Source: Escherichia coli 042
Lineage (GTDB): Bacteria; Pseudomonadota; Gammaproteobacteria; Enterobacterales; Enterobacteriaceae
NCBI RefSeq assembly: GCF_000027125.1
Contig: NC_017626.1
Reading direction: 5' to 3' (one strand)
Length of the DNA stretch: 64,000 nt
The position numbers were made by a program, and so were the translations under genes. Shown piece by piece: positions 52,560 through 63,554 of this stretch; positions within the stretch are counted from its first letter, which is position 1; each line of letters begins with the position of its first letter. Under the pieces are notes generated by a model that saw only the letters and a list, made by a program, of their open reading frames with translations, did no database searches and had not been told where the DNA came from.

Positions 52560-52586
52560 GCCGGATGATATTAACGATCATCCGGC
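52560..52586 (-). terminator. terminator hairpin downstream of glcA
   Basis: Perfect palindrome GCCGGATGAT / ATTAACG / ATCATCCGGC 10 bp below the glcA stop, followed by U-rich sequence on the transcribed strand. Confidence 0.55.
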
Positions 52587-52595
52587 ATTATTGAT

Positions 52596-54278
52596 TTACG
52601 AGACTAACATCCCAGTAAACACATACGCCTGCAACAGCGTGATAATGCCGATAACGCTGGCAAAAATCAGACTGTGCTTCACGGTGTAGCGGAACAGTTC
52701 AGATTCTCGGCCCACCATGCCCGTCGCGGCGCAGGCCACGGCGATAGATTGCGGGGAGATCATCTTGCCAGTTACGCCGCCGCTGGTATTTGCTGCCACC
52801 AGCAGAGTGTCAGAGACGTTGATTTGCTGCGCCGTGGTCGATTGCAGTGAACCAAACAGGGCGTTAGAGGAGGTGTCCGAGCCGGTAAGGAATACGCCCA
52901 GCCAGCCGAGAAACGGTGAGAAAAACGGGAACATTACGCCTGTACCTGCCAGTACCAGCGCCAGCGTGGTGGACATGCCGGAATAGTTGGTGACGAAGGC
53001 GAACGCCAGCACCATGCCAATCGACAATATCGGCCACTTCAGACTAATTAGCGTTTCGGCAAAGACGCCAATCCCTTTCTTGATGCCCACGCCGAGGATG
53101 AAGATAGAGATAATCGCCGCAATAAAAATAGCGGTGCCGCCAGCTGAGAGAGGGTCGAATTTAAACACCGCATCCATTGGCGTTGGTTGGGCGACAATGG
53201 GTGCCGCTTTCAACACTTGTTGATGCAAATGAGGGATCTGGAAATTAATCACCAGTGAATAAAACGCGCCGCCCGGAGCAAATAACGCTTTAAACGGCTT
53301 CATGGTCCAGATGGTGACCAGCACCGTTAAGATTAAAAACGGTGACCACGCACGAATGATTTGCTCCAGACTATATTCTGAAGGCACGGGACCGCCAGAA
53401 GATGGTTTATTCACCACCATCGCACCTGCGGATTGTCCCATGCTGATTGCCGTTTCGGTATTTTTCGGCCGCCAGACTTTAAGGAATAAAGCGAGTGAGA
53501 CGATACTCACCAGCGCCGAAGTAATATCGGGCAGTTCGGGACCAATATAGTTAGAGGTAAAGAACTGAGTGACAGCGAAGCTTCCCCCAGCAACCAGCGC
53601 CGCTGGCCACGTCTCTTTCACCCCTTTCCAGCCGTCCATCATTGCTACCAGCCAGAACGGTACAAGAACCGACAGGAACGGTAACTGACGTCCCGCCATT
53701 GCGCCAATGTGGAACGGATCGATTCCCGTTACCTGACCGGCGACCAGAATCGGCACGCCCAACGCACCAAACGCCACCGGCGCAGTGTTGGCAATCAGAC
53801 ACAGCCCCGCCGCGTATAACGGTTTGAAGCCCAGGCCCACCAGCAGCGCACCGGTAATCGCCACCGGCGCACCAAAGCCAGCCGCTCCTTCCAGCAACGC
53901 ACCAAAGGAGAAACCAATCAGTAACACCTGCAAACGCTGATCGTCGGTGATGGAGATAACCGAGCTGCGGATAATATCGAACTGCCCGCTGGCAACGGTT
54001 AATTTATACAGGAACACCGCCGCGACAATAATCCACGCTATTGGCCATAATCCATAAATAAAGCCATAGCCTGCAGCAGCAAATGCCATATCAATCGGCA
54101 TTTTAAAGGCGAATATTGCAATCAGGATAGATAATATAAGGGTTATTGCTCCAGCGACATGTCCTTTCAGACGTAATACCGCGAGTGCAACGAAGAAGAA
54201 TATTATCGGGATCAGGGCGACCAGAGCGGATAGCCCCAGTCCTCCCATCGGCATATACATTTGGGTCCAGGTAACCAT
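52596..54278 (-). CDS. glcA: glycolate/lactate permease GlcA (LctP family)
   Basis: 560 aa polytopic transporter. Confidence 0.9.
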   Translation of the reverse strand: MVTWTQMYMPMGGLGLSALVALIPIIFFFVALAVLRLKGHVAGAITLILSILIAIFAFKMPIDMAFAAAGYGFIYGLWPIAWIIVAAVFLYKLTVASGQFDIIRSSVISITDDQRLQVLLIGFSFGALLEGAAGFGAPVAITGALLVGLGFKPLYAAGLCLIANTAPVAFGALGVPILVAGQVTGIDPFHIGAMAGRQLPFLSVLVPFWLVAMMDGWKGVKETWPAALVAGGSFAVTQFFTSNYIGPELPDITSALVSIVSLALFLKVWRPKNTETAISMGQSAGAMVVNKPSSGGPVPSEYSLEQIIRAWSPFLILTVLVTIWTMKPFKALFAPGGAFYSLVINFQIPHLHQQVLKAAPIVAQPTPMDAVFKFDPLSAGGTAIFIAAIISIFILGVGIKKGIGVFAETLISLKWPILSIGMVLAFAFVTNYSGMSTTLALVLAGTGVMFPFFSPFLGWLGVFLTGSDTSSNALFGSLQSTTAQQINVSDTLLVAANTSGGVTGKMISPQSIAVACAATGMVGRESELFRYTVKHSLIFASVIGIITLLQAYVFTGMLVS

Positions 54279-54632
54279 ATTGTTCAGTCTCTTATTATCT
54301 TTATATGCTTGATATACTTAAGGTTGTAATAAGCAAAAGAGGACTGAACTGTAAAATATAGGCGTTATACTTTACAGCAACAGTACGCTGCTAACGCAAT
54401 TGCTACCTCTGGCATAACAAGTATATCGGGTAAGGGTTTCTGTTCCGCACACGCAGGCGCAGAATATCGTTAAGATGTCCATATTGTTGTTTTAGGCCCG
54501 CTAGTAATGCGCTACGGGTATTTAATATTGTTAAACCCTGATAATCGCTCCGGTTATTTCCGGGATAAATGTACTACCGCAGTTACTATCATAGCCCCGA
54601 CAATAAAACTTGCCGGGGCTTTTTTGACGCTA

Positions 54633-56804
54633 TTAATGACTTTCTTTTTCGCGTAAACGCCAGGCGTGTAATAACGGTTCGGTATAGCCGTTTGGCTGTT
54701 TCACGCCGAGGAAGATTAAATCGCTGGCAGCTTTAAAAGCACACGAGTTAGCGAAATTCCCCGCCATCGGACGATAAGCCGGATCGCCAGCGTTTTGCTG
54801 ATCAACCACTTTCGCCATATTCTCCAGCGACGCCTGCACCTGTTCTTTGGTCAGAATACCGTGACGTAACCAGTTGGCGATATGCTGGCTGGAGATACGC
54901 AGCGTTGCGCGGTCTTCCATCAGCGCCACGTTGTGAATATCCGGCACTTTTGAACAACCAATCCCCTGCTCCACCCAACGCACCACGTACCCCAGAATCC
55001 CCTGCACGTTGTTATCCAGCTCTTGTTGGATCTCTTCCACCGACCAGTTAGCGTTTTCAGCAACCGGAATAGTCAGCAGATCATCCAGCAGCGGTTCAAA
55101 TTCAGCATTGAACTCGCTCTGGGCAATGTTGGCTTGCACGCTCTGTACGTTGGTTTGGTGGTAGTGCAGCGCATGGAGCGTAGCAGCGGTTGGTGACGGA
55201 ACCCAGGCTGTGTTTGCCCCGGCACGCAGTTGGTCGCCCTTCTGGCTGTACATGTCTGCCATCAGGTCCGGCATTGCCCACATGCCTTTACCAATTTGCG
55301 CTTTACCGCGCAGCCCACAGAACAGGCCGGAAAGCACATTATTACGCTCGTAGGCTTTGATCCACGGCGTCGATTTCATCTGGTTTTTACGCAGCATCGG
55401 GCCAGCTTCCATCACCGAATGCATTTCATCGCCGGTACGGTCGAGGAAACCGGTATTGATGAACGCCACGCGGTTGCGCGCCTGAGCGATACAGCTACGC
55501 AAGTTCAGCGAGGTTCGGCGTTCTTCATCCATAATGCCCATTTTCAGGGTATTCGGTGCCATACCGAGCATTGTCTCAACGCGGGTAAACAGTTTGTTGG
55601 CGAACGCCACTTCCTGCGGACCGTGCATTTTCGGTTTCACAATATAGACGCTGCCAGTGCGCGAGTTTTTCTGCACTTTTAAATCATAGAGGGCAATCGC
55701 GCCAGTCATGACGCCATCAAGAATGCCTTCCGGGATTTCATTGCCTTCGCTGTCCCAAATCACAGGAATGGTCATCAAATGACCCACGTTGCGGATAAAC
55801 AGCAGCGAACGCCCGTGCAGAGAAATTTCAGAGCCGTCGGCAGCGGTGTACTGACGATCGTCATTCAGTTTACGCACGATTTGCCGACCGTTTTTCTCCA
55901 TTTTCTCTTGCAGAGTCCCCTGCATCAGGCCCAGCAGGTTGCGGTACAGCAGGATTTTATCTTCCGCATCAACCGCCGCGACCGAATCTTCGCAGTCAAG
56001 AATGGTACTGATGGCCGCTTCGACGATAACATCGTTGATATGCGCCGGATCGTCTTTGCCAATCCGCCCGTTGGCATCAATTTGCAGTTCAATATGCAGG
56101 CCGTTATTTTTCAGCAAAATGCAGGTCGGCGCAGCGGCATCGCCACGGTAACCGATAAACTGCTCCAGGGTACGTAACGTGGTTTCTTTACCATTTTTCA
56201 ACTGGATGCGTAATTGTTTGTCAACCACCTTAAACGCCACCACATCCTGATAGCTGCCGTTTTCCAGCGGTAGAGATTCATCGAGGAAACGCCGAACCCA
56301 GGCGATAACCTGCTCACCGCGCTGCGGATCGTAGCCGCTGACCATCGCCCCTTCCTGCGGGATGATGTCGCTGCCGTATAACGCATCGTACAGTGAGCCC
56401 CAGCGAGCGTTCGCCGCGTTCAGCGCGTAGCGGGCGTTCATTGCCGGAACCACCAGCTGTGGCCCCGCCTGGCTGGTGATTTCGCTATCAATGCCCGTGG
56501 TTTCCACCGTCACGTGCTCCGGTTGCTGCACCAGGTAGCCCAGTTCACGCAGGAAAGATTTATAGGCCGCTTTATCATTTACCGGCCCCGGATTGCTGCG
56601 ATGCCACTCATCAAGCGCCGCCTGAATGCGATCGCGCTCTGCCAGCAACTGACGATTTTCTGGTGCCAGATCGTGAACGATCTCATCAACATTGCGCCAG
56701 AACGCCGCAGCGTCCAACCCTGTTCCCGGCAAAACTTCTTCATCCACAAAACGTTTAAAATTGGCGTCAATGCGTAAACGGCCCTGGGTTATGGTTTCAC
56801 TCAT
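54633..56804 (-). CDS. glcB: malate synthase G
   Basis: 723 aa; [27 protein letters not shown] matches malate synthase G. Confidence 0.9.
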   Translation of the reverse strand: MSETITQGRLRIDANFKRFVDEEVLPGTGLDAAAFWRNVDEIVHDLAPENRQLLAERDRIQAALDEWHRSNPGPVNDKAAYKSFLRELGYLVQQPEHVTVETTGIDSEITSQAGPQLVVPAMNARYALNAANARWGSLYDALYGSDIIPQEGAMVSGYDPQRGEQVIAWVRRFLDESLPLENGSYQDVVAFKVVDKQLRIQLKNGKETTLRTLEQFIGYRGDAAAPTCILLKNNGLHIELQIDANGRIGKDDPAHINDVIVEAAISTILDCEDSVAAVDAEDKILLYRNLLGLMQGTLQEKMEKNGRQIVRKLNDDRQYTAADGSEISLHGRSLLFIRNVGHLMTIPVIWDSEGNEIPEGILDGVMTGAIALYDLKVQKNSRTGSVYIVKPKMHGPQEVAFANKLFTRVETMLGMAPNTLKMGIMDEERRTSLNLRSCIAQARNRVAFINTGFLDRTGDEMHSVMEAGPMLRKNQMKSTPWIKAYERNNVLSGLFCGLRGKAQIGKGMWAMPDLMADMYSQKGDQLRAGANTAWVPSPTAATLHALHYHQTNVQSVQANIAQSEFNAEFEPLLDDLLTIPVAENANWSVEEIQQELDNNVQGILGYVVRWVEQGIGCSKVPDIHNVALMEDRATLRISSQHIANWLRHGILTKEQVQASLENMAKVVDQQNAGDPAYRPMAGNFANSCAFKAASDLIFLGVKQPNGYTEPLLHAWRLREKESH

Positions 56805-56825
56805 TATTTATCTCCTCGTTTTCGC

Positions 56826-57230
56826 TTATTTCGCCAACACCGCTGCTGCCGCTTTCGCGACCTGCGCATCCTGTGCTCCGGTTAAACCAGAAACTCCCAC
56901 GGTACCAATAATTTGCCCATCCACAACAACCGGTACGCCGCCTTCCAGCGACGTCAGTAACGGCGCAGTCACGAACGCGGTACGTCCGTTGTTCACCATC
57001 TCTTCATAGCCCTTAGTTTCACGACGCCCCAGCGCGGCGGTACGCGCTTTCTCCTGGGAGATGTAAGCCGCAATTGGCGCGCAATCATCCATGCGACTTA
57101 ACGCCAGCAGATGACCGCCGTCATCGGCAACAGCAATGGAAACAGACCAGTTATTTTTCTGCGCCTCTTCCTGACCTGCGGCAATAATTGCACTCGCCAT
57201 TTGCTGGCTAAGAATGACTTTAGTTTTCAT
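56826..57230 (-). CDS. glcG: GlcG (heme-binding-like protein of the glc operon)
   Basis: Start at MKTKVILSQQMA giving 134 aa. Confidence 0.85.
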   Translation of the reverse strand: MKTKVILSQQMASAIIAAGQEEAQKNNWSVSIAVADDGGHLLALSRMDDCAPIAAYISQEKARTAALGRRETKGYEEMVNNGRTAFVTAPLLTSLEGGVPVVVDGQIIGTVGVSGLTGAQDAQVAKAAAAVLAK

Positions 57231-57234
57231 TTTG

Positions 57235-58458
57235 TTATTCCTTTTCAAGGGCTTGTTCTACAATTTCAATCCAGTGACGCACAGAGGTACGACCGGCGCT
57301 CGCCAGATGCGTCTGGCAACCAATGTTGGCGGTGACGATCATTTCCGGTTTGCCGCTTTCCAGCGCATTCATTTTGTTATCCCGCAGCTGGCGCGCCAGA
57401 TCGGGATGCGTTAACGCATATGTTCCCGCTGAACCGCAGCACAGATGGCTGTCGGGAACGTCCGTTAAGGTAAATCCAAGACGAAGTAACACTTTTTCCA
57501 CTTCGCCGTTCAGCTTTTGCGCATGTTGCAGGGTACACGGGCAGTGGAAGGCCAGTTTTTTATCGCCGCGAATTGCCAGTTTTTCCAGCGGTTCCTTGCG
57601 CAGAAGTTCGACTAAATCGACCGCCAGTTCACTGACCCGACGCGCTTTATCGGCATACAACGCATCACTTTTCAGCATCTGCCCGTACTCTTTGACGAAC
57701 GCGCCGCAACCGCTGGCGGTTTGCAAAATTGCCTCGGCACCTGCTTCAATCGCGGGCCACCAGGCATCAATATTATTTCGCGCCCGCGCCAGCCCTTTCT
57801 CTTGCGCATTAAGATGATAGTCCACCGCGCCACAACAGCCTGCTTCATTAGCTGGCGTCACGCTGATCCCCAGACGATCCAGCACTCGCGCAGTTGCCGC
57901 GTTGGTGTTGGGCGAAAGCGTAGGCTGGGCGCAGCCTTCCAGCATTAAAACCCGACGCTTATGGCGCAGCGGTGGACGCGGTTTAGCTTTCACCGTTTCG
58001 GCAGGCAGTTTTGCTCTGACCTGCTCCGGTAAAAACGGTCGCAGCACCAGCCCTACCTGCGTCAGCGCACGAAACACCGCCGGACGCGGCACTACCTGGC
58101 GCAATCCTTCGCGCAGCATTCGCTCCGGCAGTGGGCGTTTCACTTTCTGCTCGACAATATCACGCCCGATATCGAGCAAATTGTGATAGCGCACACCAGA
58201 AGGACAGGTGGTTTCACAATTGCGGCAAGTGAGACAGCGATCGAGATGCTCCTGTGTTTTAAGCGTGACTTCGTTGCCTTCCAGCACCTGTTTAATCAGA
58301 TAGATGCGCCCGCGCGGCCCGTCCAGTTCATCGCCCAGGAGCTGATAGGTTGGGCAGGTTGCGGTACAAAATCCGCAGTGAACACAGGCGCGCAGGATGC
58401 TGTCGGCTTCCAGCGCGCGCGCGTTCTGCCGCATCTCTTCAGTTAATTGGGTTTGCAT
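57235..58458 (-). CDS. glcF: glycolate oxidase iron-sulfur subunit GlcF
   Basis: Start at MQTQLTEEM giving 407 aa; two Cys clusters (CVHCGFCTATCP, CLTCRNCETTCP). Confidence 0.9.
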   Translation of the reverse strand: MQTQLTEEMRQNARALEADSILRACVHCGFCTATCPTYQLLGDELDGPRGRIYLIKQVLEGNEVTLKTQEHLDRCLTCRNCETTCPSGVRYHNLLDIGRDIVEQKVKRPLPERMLREGLRQVVPRPAVFRALTQVGLVLRPFLPEQVRAKLPAETVKAKPRPPLRHKRRVLMLEGCAQPTLSPNTNAATARVLDRLGISVTPANEAGCCGAVDYHLNAQEKGLARARNNIDAWWPAIEAGAEAILQTASGCGAFVKEYGQMLKSDALYADKARRVSELAVDLVELLRKEPLEKLAIRGDKKLAFHCPCTLQHAQKLNGEVEKVLLRLGFTLTDVPDSHLCCGSAGTYALTHPDLARQLRDNKMNALESGKPEMIVTANIGCQTHLASAGRTSVRHWIEIVEQALEKE

Positions 58459-58468
58459 AGCCTGCTCC

Positions 58469-59521
58469 TTAAAGCTCCGCATACATGCGACCGGGATTAA
58501 ACACGCCGCAAGGGTCGAGCTGCTGTTTAAGCTGCTGGTGATAGCGGAATAAAGGAGCCGGTAGCGGGGCAAAACCACCATCTCCGGCACTAAAGCGGGT
58601 CGCATGACCGCCAGCGTTGCGGGCGATGCGATGGATTTGATTGTCCTCGGCTGGCGATTTCAGCCAGCGTAACGCCCCGCCCCAGTCGATCAGTTGCTCG
58701 CCGGGTAAATCCATCATCGGCGCATCGCAGGGTAAGGAAATGCGCCATAAGGTACCTGGTAACGAGAAGAACGGCAGTTGTTGTTCACGCAATTGCTGCC
58801 AGAACTGACCCGCAACCTCTTCGCCCCCCAGCAGTTCACGCGCTGCTTTTACCGATCCTTCGCCGCCCTCAAGGCGGATCCACAACGCATTGTCGAAGTA
58901 ACATAAGCCACTAATGGGTAATGGCTGGAGTTGCCACTGGGCGATTTCATTCATGGCTTCTTGCAGGCTGATTTCCCGACGCAGACTCAGGGTGGCGCGT
59001 GGTCGCGGTAACACTTTCATCGAGATTTCAGTGAGCACACCCAGACAACCGTAGCTTCCGGCCATTAACCGTGAGAGATCGTATCCGGCAACGTTTTTCA
59101 TCACTTCGCCACCAAAACGCAGATGTTTTCCAGTGCCGGTAATGATGCGCGTGCCGAGGACAAAATCGCGGACCGAACCGCTCCACGGGCGACGCGGTCC
59201 CGCCAGACCGCAGGCGACCATCCCGCCCCAGGTGGCTTCTTCACCATAATGTGGCGGCTCGCAGGGGAGCATTTGCCCGGCGCTCTCCAGCGCCGCTTCA
59301 ATCGCCACCAGCGGTGTTCCGGCACGAGCGGTTATCACCAGCTCGGTCGGGTCGTAATTAACAATGCCGCGATGACAACGCACATCCAGCGTTTGCCCGG
59401 TGACAGGACGACCTAAAAAGGCTTTGCTATTGCTGCCCTGAATCACCAGCGGCGTTTTATCGCTAATCGCCTGATTCACCTGCTCCAGCAGCGCCTGGCT
59501 GTAATCACACTCGCGTAGCAT
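58469..59521 (-). CDS. glcE: glycolate oxidase FAD-binding subunit GlcE
   Basis: 350 aa FAD-binding PCMH-type domain. Confidence 0.9.
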   Translation of the reverse strand: MLRECDYSQALLEQVNQAISDKTPLVIQGSNSKAFLGRPVTGQTLDVRCHRGIVNYDPTELVITARAGTPLVAIEAALESAGQMLPCEPPHYGEEATWGGMVACGLAGPRRPWSGSVRDFVLGTRIITGTGKHLRFGGEVMKNVAGYDLSRLMAGSYGCLGVLTEISMKVLPRPRATLSLRREISLQEAMNEIAQWQLQPLPISGLCYFDNALWIRLEGGEGSVKAARELLGGEEVAGQFWQQLREQQLPFFSLPGTLWRISLPCDAPMMDLPGEQLIDWGGALRWLKSPAEDNQIHRIARNAGGHATRFSAGDGGFAPLPAPLFRYHQQLKQQLDPCGVFNPGRMYAEL

Positions 59522-61020
59522 CAGAAACGCTCCAGTTCAGGGAAAGGTAAATGACCGTGATGCACATGCATGGCACCAAATTCAGCACAGCGGTGTAGCG
59601 TGGGAATGTTTTTCCCAGGGTTCAGCAAACCATCGGGATCAAACGCCGCCTTGACCGCATGGAAGGTCGTGATTTCATCGCTGTTGAACTGGGCGCACAT
59701 TTGATTGATTTTTTCGCGCCCGATGCCATGTTCCCCACTGATGCTGCCGCCAACTTCAACGCAGAGTTCGAGGATCTTCCCGCCCAGCTCTTCCGCGCGG
59801 GCAAATTCACCGGGTTCGTTGGCATCGAAAAGGATTAACGGGTGCATGTTGCCGTCTCCGGCATGAAAGACGTTGGCAACGCGTAAATCATATTGCTGCG
59901 ATAAACGGGCAATGCCTTCCAGTACGCCAGGCAGGGCGCGGCGCGGGATGGTGCCATCCATGCAGTAGTAATCCGGGGAGATTCGTCCTACCGCAGGGAA
60001 CGCATTTTTGCGACCGGCCCAGAAACGTACGCGCTCTGCTTCGTCCTGTGCCAGACGGACGTCAGTCGCACCCGCGTTCAACAAGATGTCGTTAACCCGC
60101 TCGCAGTCTTCCTGTACGTCAGACTCCACGCCGTCCAGCTCGCATAACAAAATCGCTTCGGCGTCGACGGGATAACCGGCATGTATAAAATCTTCCGCTG
60201 CGCGGATCGACAGGTTATCCATCATCTCCAGCCCGCCGGGGATAATGCCATTGGCGATGATGTCACCAACCGCAAGTCCGGCTTTTTCTACCGAGTCAAA
60301 GCTGGCTAACAGAACCCGCGCCACGGGCGGCTTCGGCAGCAGTTTTACCGTCACTTCGGTGGTCACGCCGAGCATACCTTCCGATCCGGTGAACAGCGCC
60401 AGCAGGTCAAAACCAGGCGAATCCAGCGCATCCGATCCCAGCGTCAGCGCCTCGCCGTCCAGCGTTTGCACTTCAATTTTCAGCAGGTTATGTACGGTCA
60501 GACCATATTTCAGGCAGTGAACGCCACCAGCATTTTCCGCCACGTTGCCGCCAATCGAACAGGCGATTTGTGAGGAAGGATCCGGCGCGTAATAGAGATT
60601 ATGCGGCGCAACGGCCTGGGAGATCGCCAGGTTACGCACGCCCGGCTGCACGCGCGCGCGGCGACCAACGGGGTTAATGTCGAGGATCTCTTTAAAGCGC
60701 GCCATCACCAACAACACACCTTTTTCCAGCGGCAGCGCGCCACCAGAAAGCCCGGTGCCTGCGCCACGGGTCACCACCGGCACACGCAGGCGGTGACAAA
60801 CAGCCAGAATCGCCGTCACCTGTTCCATCTGCTTTGGCAAAACAACCAGTAATGGACGCGTGCGATACGCGCTCAACCCGTCACACTCGTAAGGAATGAT
60901 CTCCTCATCGGTATGCAGGATCTCAAGTCCAGGGACATGCTCACGCAGTGCCATCAGTACCGATGTGCGGTCGACATCGGGTAAAGCGCCATCAAGACGC
61001 TCTTCGTACAAGATGCTCAT
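59521..61020 (-). CDS. glcD: glycolate oxidase subunit GlcD
   Basis: 499 aa FAD-linked oxidase. Confidence 0.9.
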   Translation of the reverse strand: MSILYEERLDGALPDVDRTSVLMALREHVPGLEILHTDEEIIPYECDGLSAYRTRPLLVVLPKQMEQVTAILAVCHRLRVPVVTRGAGTGLSGGALPLEKGVLLVMARFKEILDINPVGRRARVQPGVRNLAISQAVAPHNLYYAPDPSSQIACSIGGNVAENAGGVHCLKYGLTVHNLLKIEVQTLDGEALTLGSDALDSPGFDLLALFTGSEGMLGVTTEVTVKLLPKPPVARVLLASFDSVEKAGLAVGDIIANGIIPGGLEMMDNLSIRAAEDFIHAGYPVDAEAILLCELDGVESDVQEDCERVNDILLNAGATDVRLAQDEAERVRFWAGRKNAFPAVGRISPDYYCMDGTIPRRALPGVLEGIARLSQQYDLRVANVFHAGDGNMHPLILFDANEPGEFARAEELGGKILELCVEVGGSISGEHGIGREKINQMCAQFNSDEITTFHAVKAAFDPDGLLNPGKNIPTLHRCAEFGAMHVHHGHLPFPELERF

Positions 61021-61270
61021 GAGTAGGCTTCGCTTTGTTGTGTTGTGTGGCAGCTGATTTTTGCGCGCTGCTTCTGTGAACAGTTATTAAGCGGGCTTTT
61101 CGTTTTCGTCTATCTCTTTAGCTACCGGTCAGACCATTTTTTTTCCAGCTCTGTGACCTTGTCTTGGTTAACTTAATGTTAAATTGATGTAACATAATCA
61201 CTTACGTGATGTGCGTGTTTTGCGAGTTAAGAACAGAAAAATTGGTCCTACCTGTGCACGAGGTCCGGGA
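61021..61270. promoter_or_regulatory. divergent glcC / glcDEFGBA control region
   Basis: 250-bp intergenic region between divergent glcD and glcC starts. Position only; no individual sites mapped. Confidence 0.5.
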
Positions 61271-62035
61271 ATGAAAGATGAACGTCGCCCTATTTGCGAA
61301 GTGGTTGCAGAGAGTATCGAACGGTTAATTATCGACGGCGTACTGAAGGTCGGTCAGCCGCTTCCCTCGGAACGTCGACTGTGTGAAAAGCTCGGCTTCT
61401 CACGCTCCGCACTGCGTGAAGGGCTGACCGTGCTGCGCGGGCGTGGGATTATTGAAACGGCGCAGGGGCGCGATTCTCGTGTCGCACGGCTTAATCGGGT
61501 GCAGGATACCAGCCCGCTAATTCATCTGTTCAGCACGCAGCCGCGAACGCTGTACGATCTGCTCGACGTTCGCGCATTGCTGGAGGGGGAATCGGCAAGG
61601 CTTGCGGCAACGCTGGGAACCCAGGCTGATTTTGTTGTGATAACCCGCTGTTATGAAAAAATGCTCGCCGCCAGTGAGAACAACAAAGAGATTTCGCTGA
61701 TCGAACATGCGCAGTTGGATCACGCTTTCCATCTCGCCATTTGTCAGGCTTCTCACAATCAGGTGTTGGTGTTTACGCTGCAATCATTGACCGATCTGAT
61801 GTTTAATTCAGTGTTTGCCAGCGTAAATAATCTCTACCATCGACCACAGCAAAAAAAGCAGATCGATCGCCAGCATGCGCGGATCTACAACGCGGTGTTG
61901 CAGCGGCTGCCGCACGTCGCCCAGCGCGCAGCACGCGATCATGTGCGGACCGTGAAAAAGAATCTCCACGATATCGAGCTGGAAGGCCACCATTTGATTC
62001 GCTCGGCGGTGCCGCTGGAGATGAAGCAGGGGTGA
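61271..62035 (+). CDS. glcC: GntR-family transcriptional activator GlcC
   Basis: Start at MKDERRPICEVVAESIERLI giving 254 aa; N-terminal GntR HTH. Confidence 0.9.
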   Translation: MKDERRPICEVVAESIERLIIDGVLKVGQPLPSERRLCEKLGFSRSALREGLTVLRGRGIIETAQGRDSRVARLNRVQDTSPLIHLFSTQPRTLYDLLDVRALLEGESARLAATLGTQADFVVITRCYEKMLAASENNKEISLIEHAQLDHAFHLAICQASHNQVLVFTLQSLTDLMFNSVFASVNNLYHRPQQKKQIDRQHARIYNAVLQRLPHVAQRAARDHVRTVKKNLHDIELEGHHLIRSAVPLEMKQG

Positions 62036-62041
62036 CTGCCA

Positions 62042-63184
62042 TCAAATCTGCTTTTCATACAATCGGTAACGCTTGTACGGCTCTGCCCCAATGCGTTCCA
62101 GCATGTTATTCATGCCTGTATTGGTTTCGAGGATCCATGACATCTCCAGCGCATCGATCTTCCGGCGGGCAAACGGATCGCGTAAGGCTTCAATCAATAA
62201 CAGCGCAATCACCGGGCCGATGCGGCTGAACTGATACTCGTCCCGCACGCCCATCAGCGGCACTCGCGCAGTTCGCACACCGCTGACTTTCAAACGCCAC
62301 AGCAATTTTGCCCAGCCGAAGGGAAAGAGCGATCCGTTCAGATCGGCAATCGCCTCGTTGATGTTTGGCAAGCCGACAATAAACGCGCAGGGTGCAGAAT
62401 CAATCTCAGCGATGTAGATCATATCGTCCGGCACCAGATATTTAAGTTGATCGCCCATGCTCGCGAATTCATGTTCGGTAAACGGCACAAATCCCCAGTT
62501 GTGCTGCCAGCCAGAATTGAAAATCTCACGCAGGATCTGCATCTCTTCGGCAAACCGCTGGCGATTGATGCAGCGAATGGTCACCTTCTTACGCACCTGA
62601 TCCATCAGTTTTTTTAGCGCCGGAGAGAAAGTGAGACCGGTTCGCTGCATCCACCACGCCAGTAAATCAATGCCTTTGTGATAACCCAATTGTTCAATAT
62701 GCGCGGCATACCACGGTTTACCGTGCGGCATCATCGCACAGGGTGGTGTATCGAAACCTTCAATCAGTAATCCGCTTTCCTGATTGATATTCAGGCTGAA
62801 AGGACCGCTGATCTTACTTGCACCTTGTGACTTCAACCACGCTTCCGCTGCGCCAAACAACGCGGCAAAAACCTGCGGATCATCAATGGCGTCAATCATG
62901 CCGAAATGACCGGTATCTTTGCCGTAACGCTCGCGGTGCAAGGTATCGATTTGCGCGGTAATACGCCCAACTATCTGCCCCGCTTTTTTTGCCACCCACG
63001 CCTGCCAGATGATATGGTCCGTCCCCGGATTTTTCGCAGACAAATGCTCGTTGCGTTCAATGAATAAAGGGGGTATCCAGTTTGGATCGTCGGGATAAAG
63101 TGATGACGGAAAAGCGATAAATGCCTTAAGGTCATTTTTATTAATTACTTTTTCAATTTTAATCATCAGCAGATCGCATTCCAT
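62042..63184 (-). CDS. yghO: YghO-family protein (putative acyltransferase-like), intact
   Basis: 380 aa at the conserved position downstream of glcC; name from synteny recollection. Confidence 0.6.
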   Translation of the reverse strand: MECDLLMIKIEKVINKNDLKAFIAFPSSLYPDDPNWIPPLFIERNEHLSAKNPGTDHIIWQAWVAKKAGQIVGRITAQIDTLHRERYGKDTGHFGMIDAIDDPQVFAALFGAAEAWLKSQGASKISGPFSLNINQESGLLIEGFDTPPCAMMPHGKPWYAAHIEQLGYHKGIDLLAWWMQRTGLTFSPALKKLMDQVRKKVTIRCINRQRFAEEMQILREIFNSGWQHNWGFVPFTEHEFASMGDQLKYLVPDDMIYIAEIDSAPCAFIVGLPNINEAIADLNGSLFPFGWAKLLWRLKVSGVRTARVPLMGVRDEYQFSRIGPVIALLLIEALRDPFARRKIDALEMSWILETNTGMNNMLERIGAEPYKRYRLYEKQI

Positions 63185-63554
63185 AGTTCTGTGGGTAACA
63201 AATAATTAACGGTGACAAACAGGTTGCAACAGCAACGAACGGCACCTTAATAATCAACCCAATGAATACAAACGACGAATAAATAGTATTTATTAATGAT
63301 TACGATAAGGTCAGAGACTACACAGAAGCGCCACAATGCCTTTTGTCGATTTAAGGCGACCGGACAAGGCTTCTTCTTAATACATTCATAAATTAAATAT
63401 CATTCACAATAAAAACAAAAAACTCAAACTCATTATTTAAATCAATGTTCATTTTCACACTGATGAAAATACTATCTCATTTATCTTTTATGCCTATATA
63501 ATCCACCGCATTATTGTCATTTTATTTTTGATATCCAATTTTTTCGTGGTGTAT

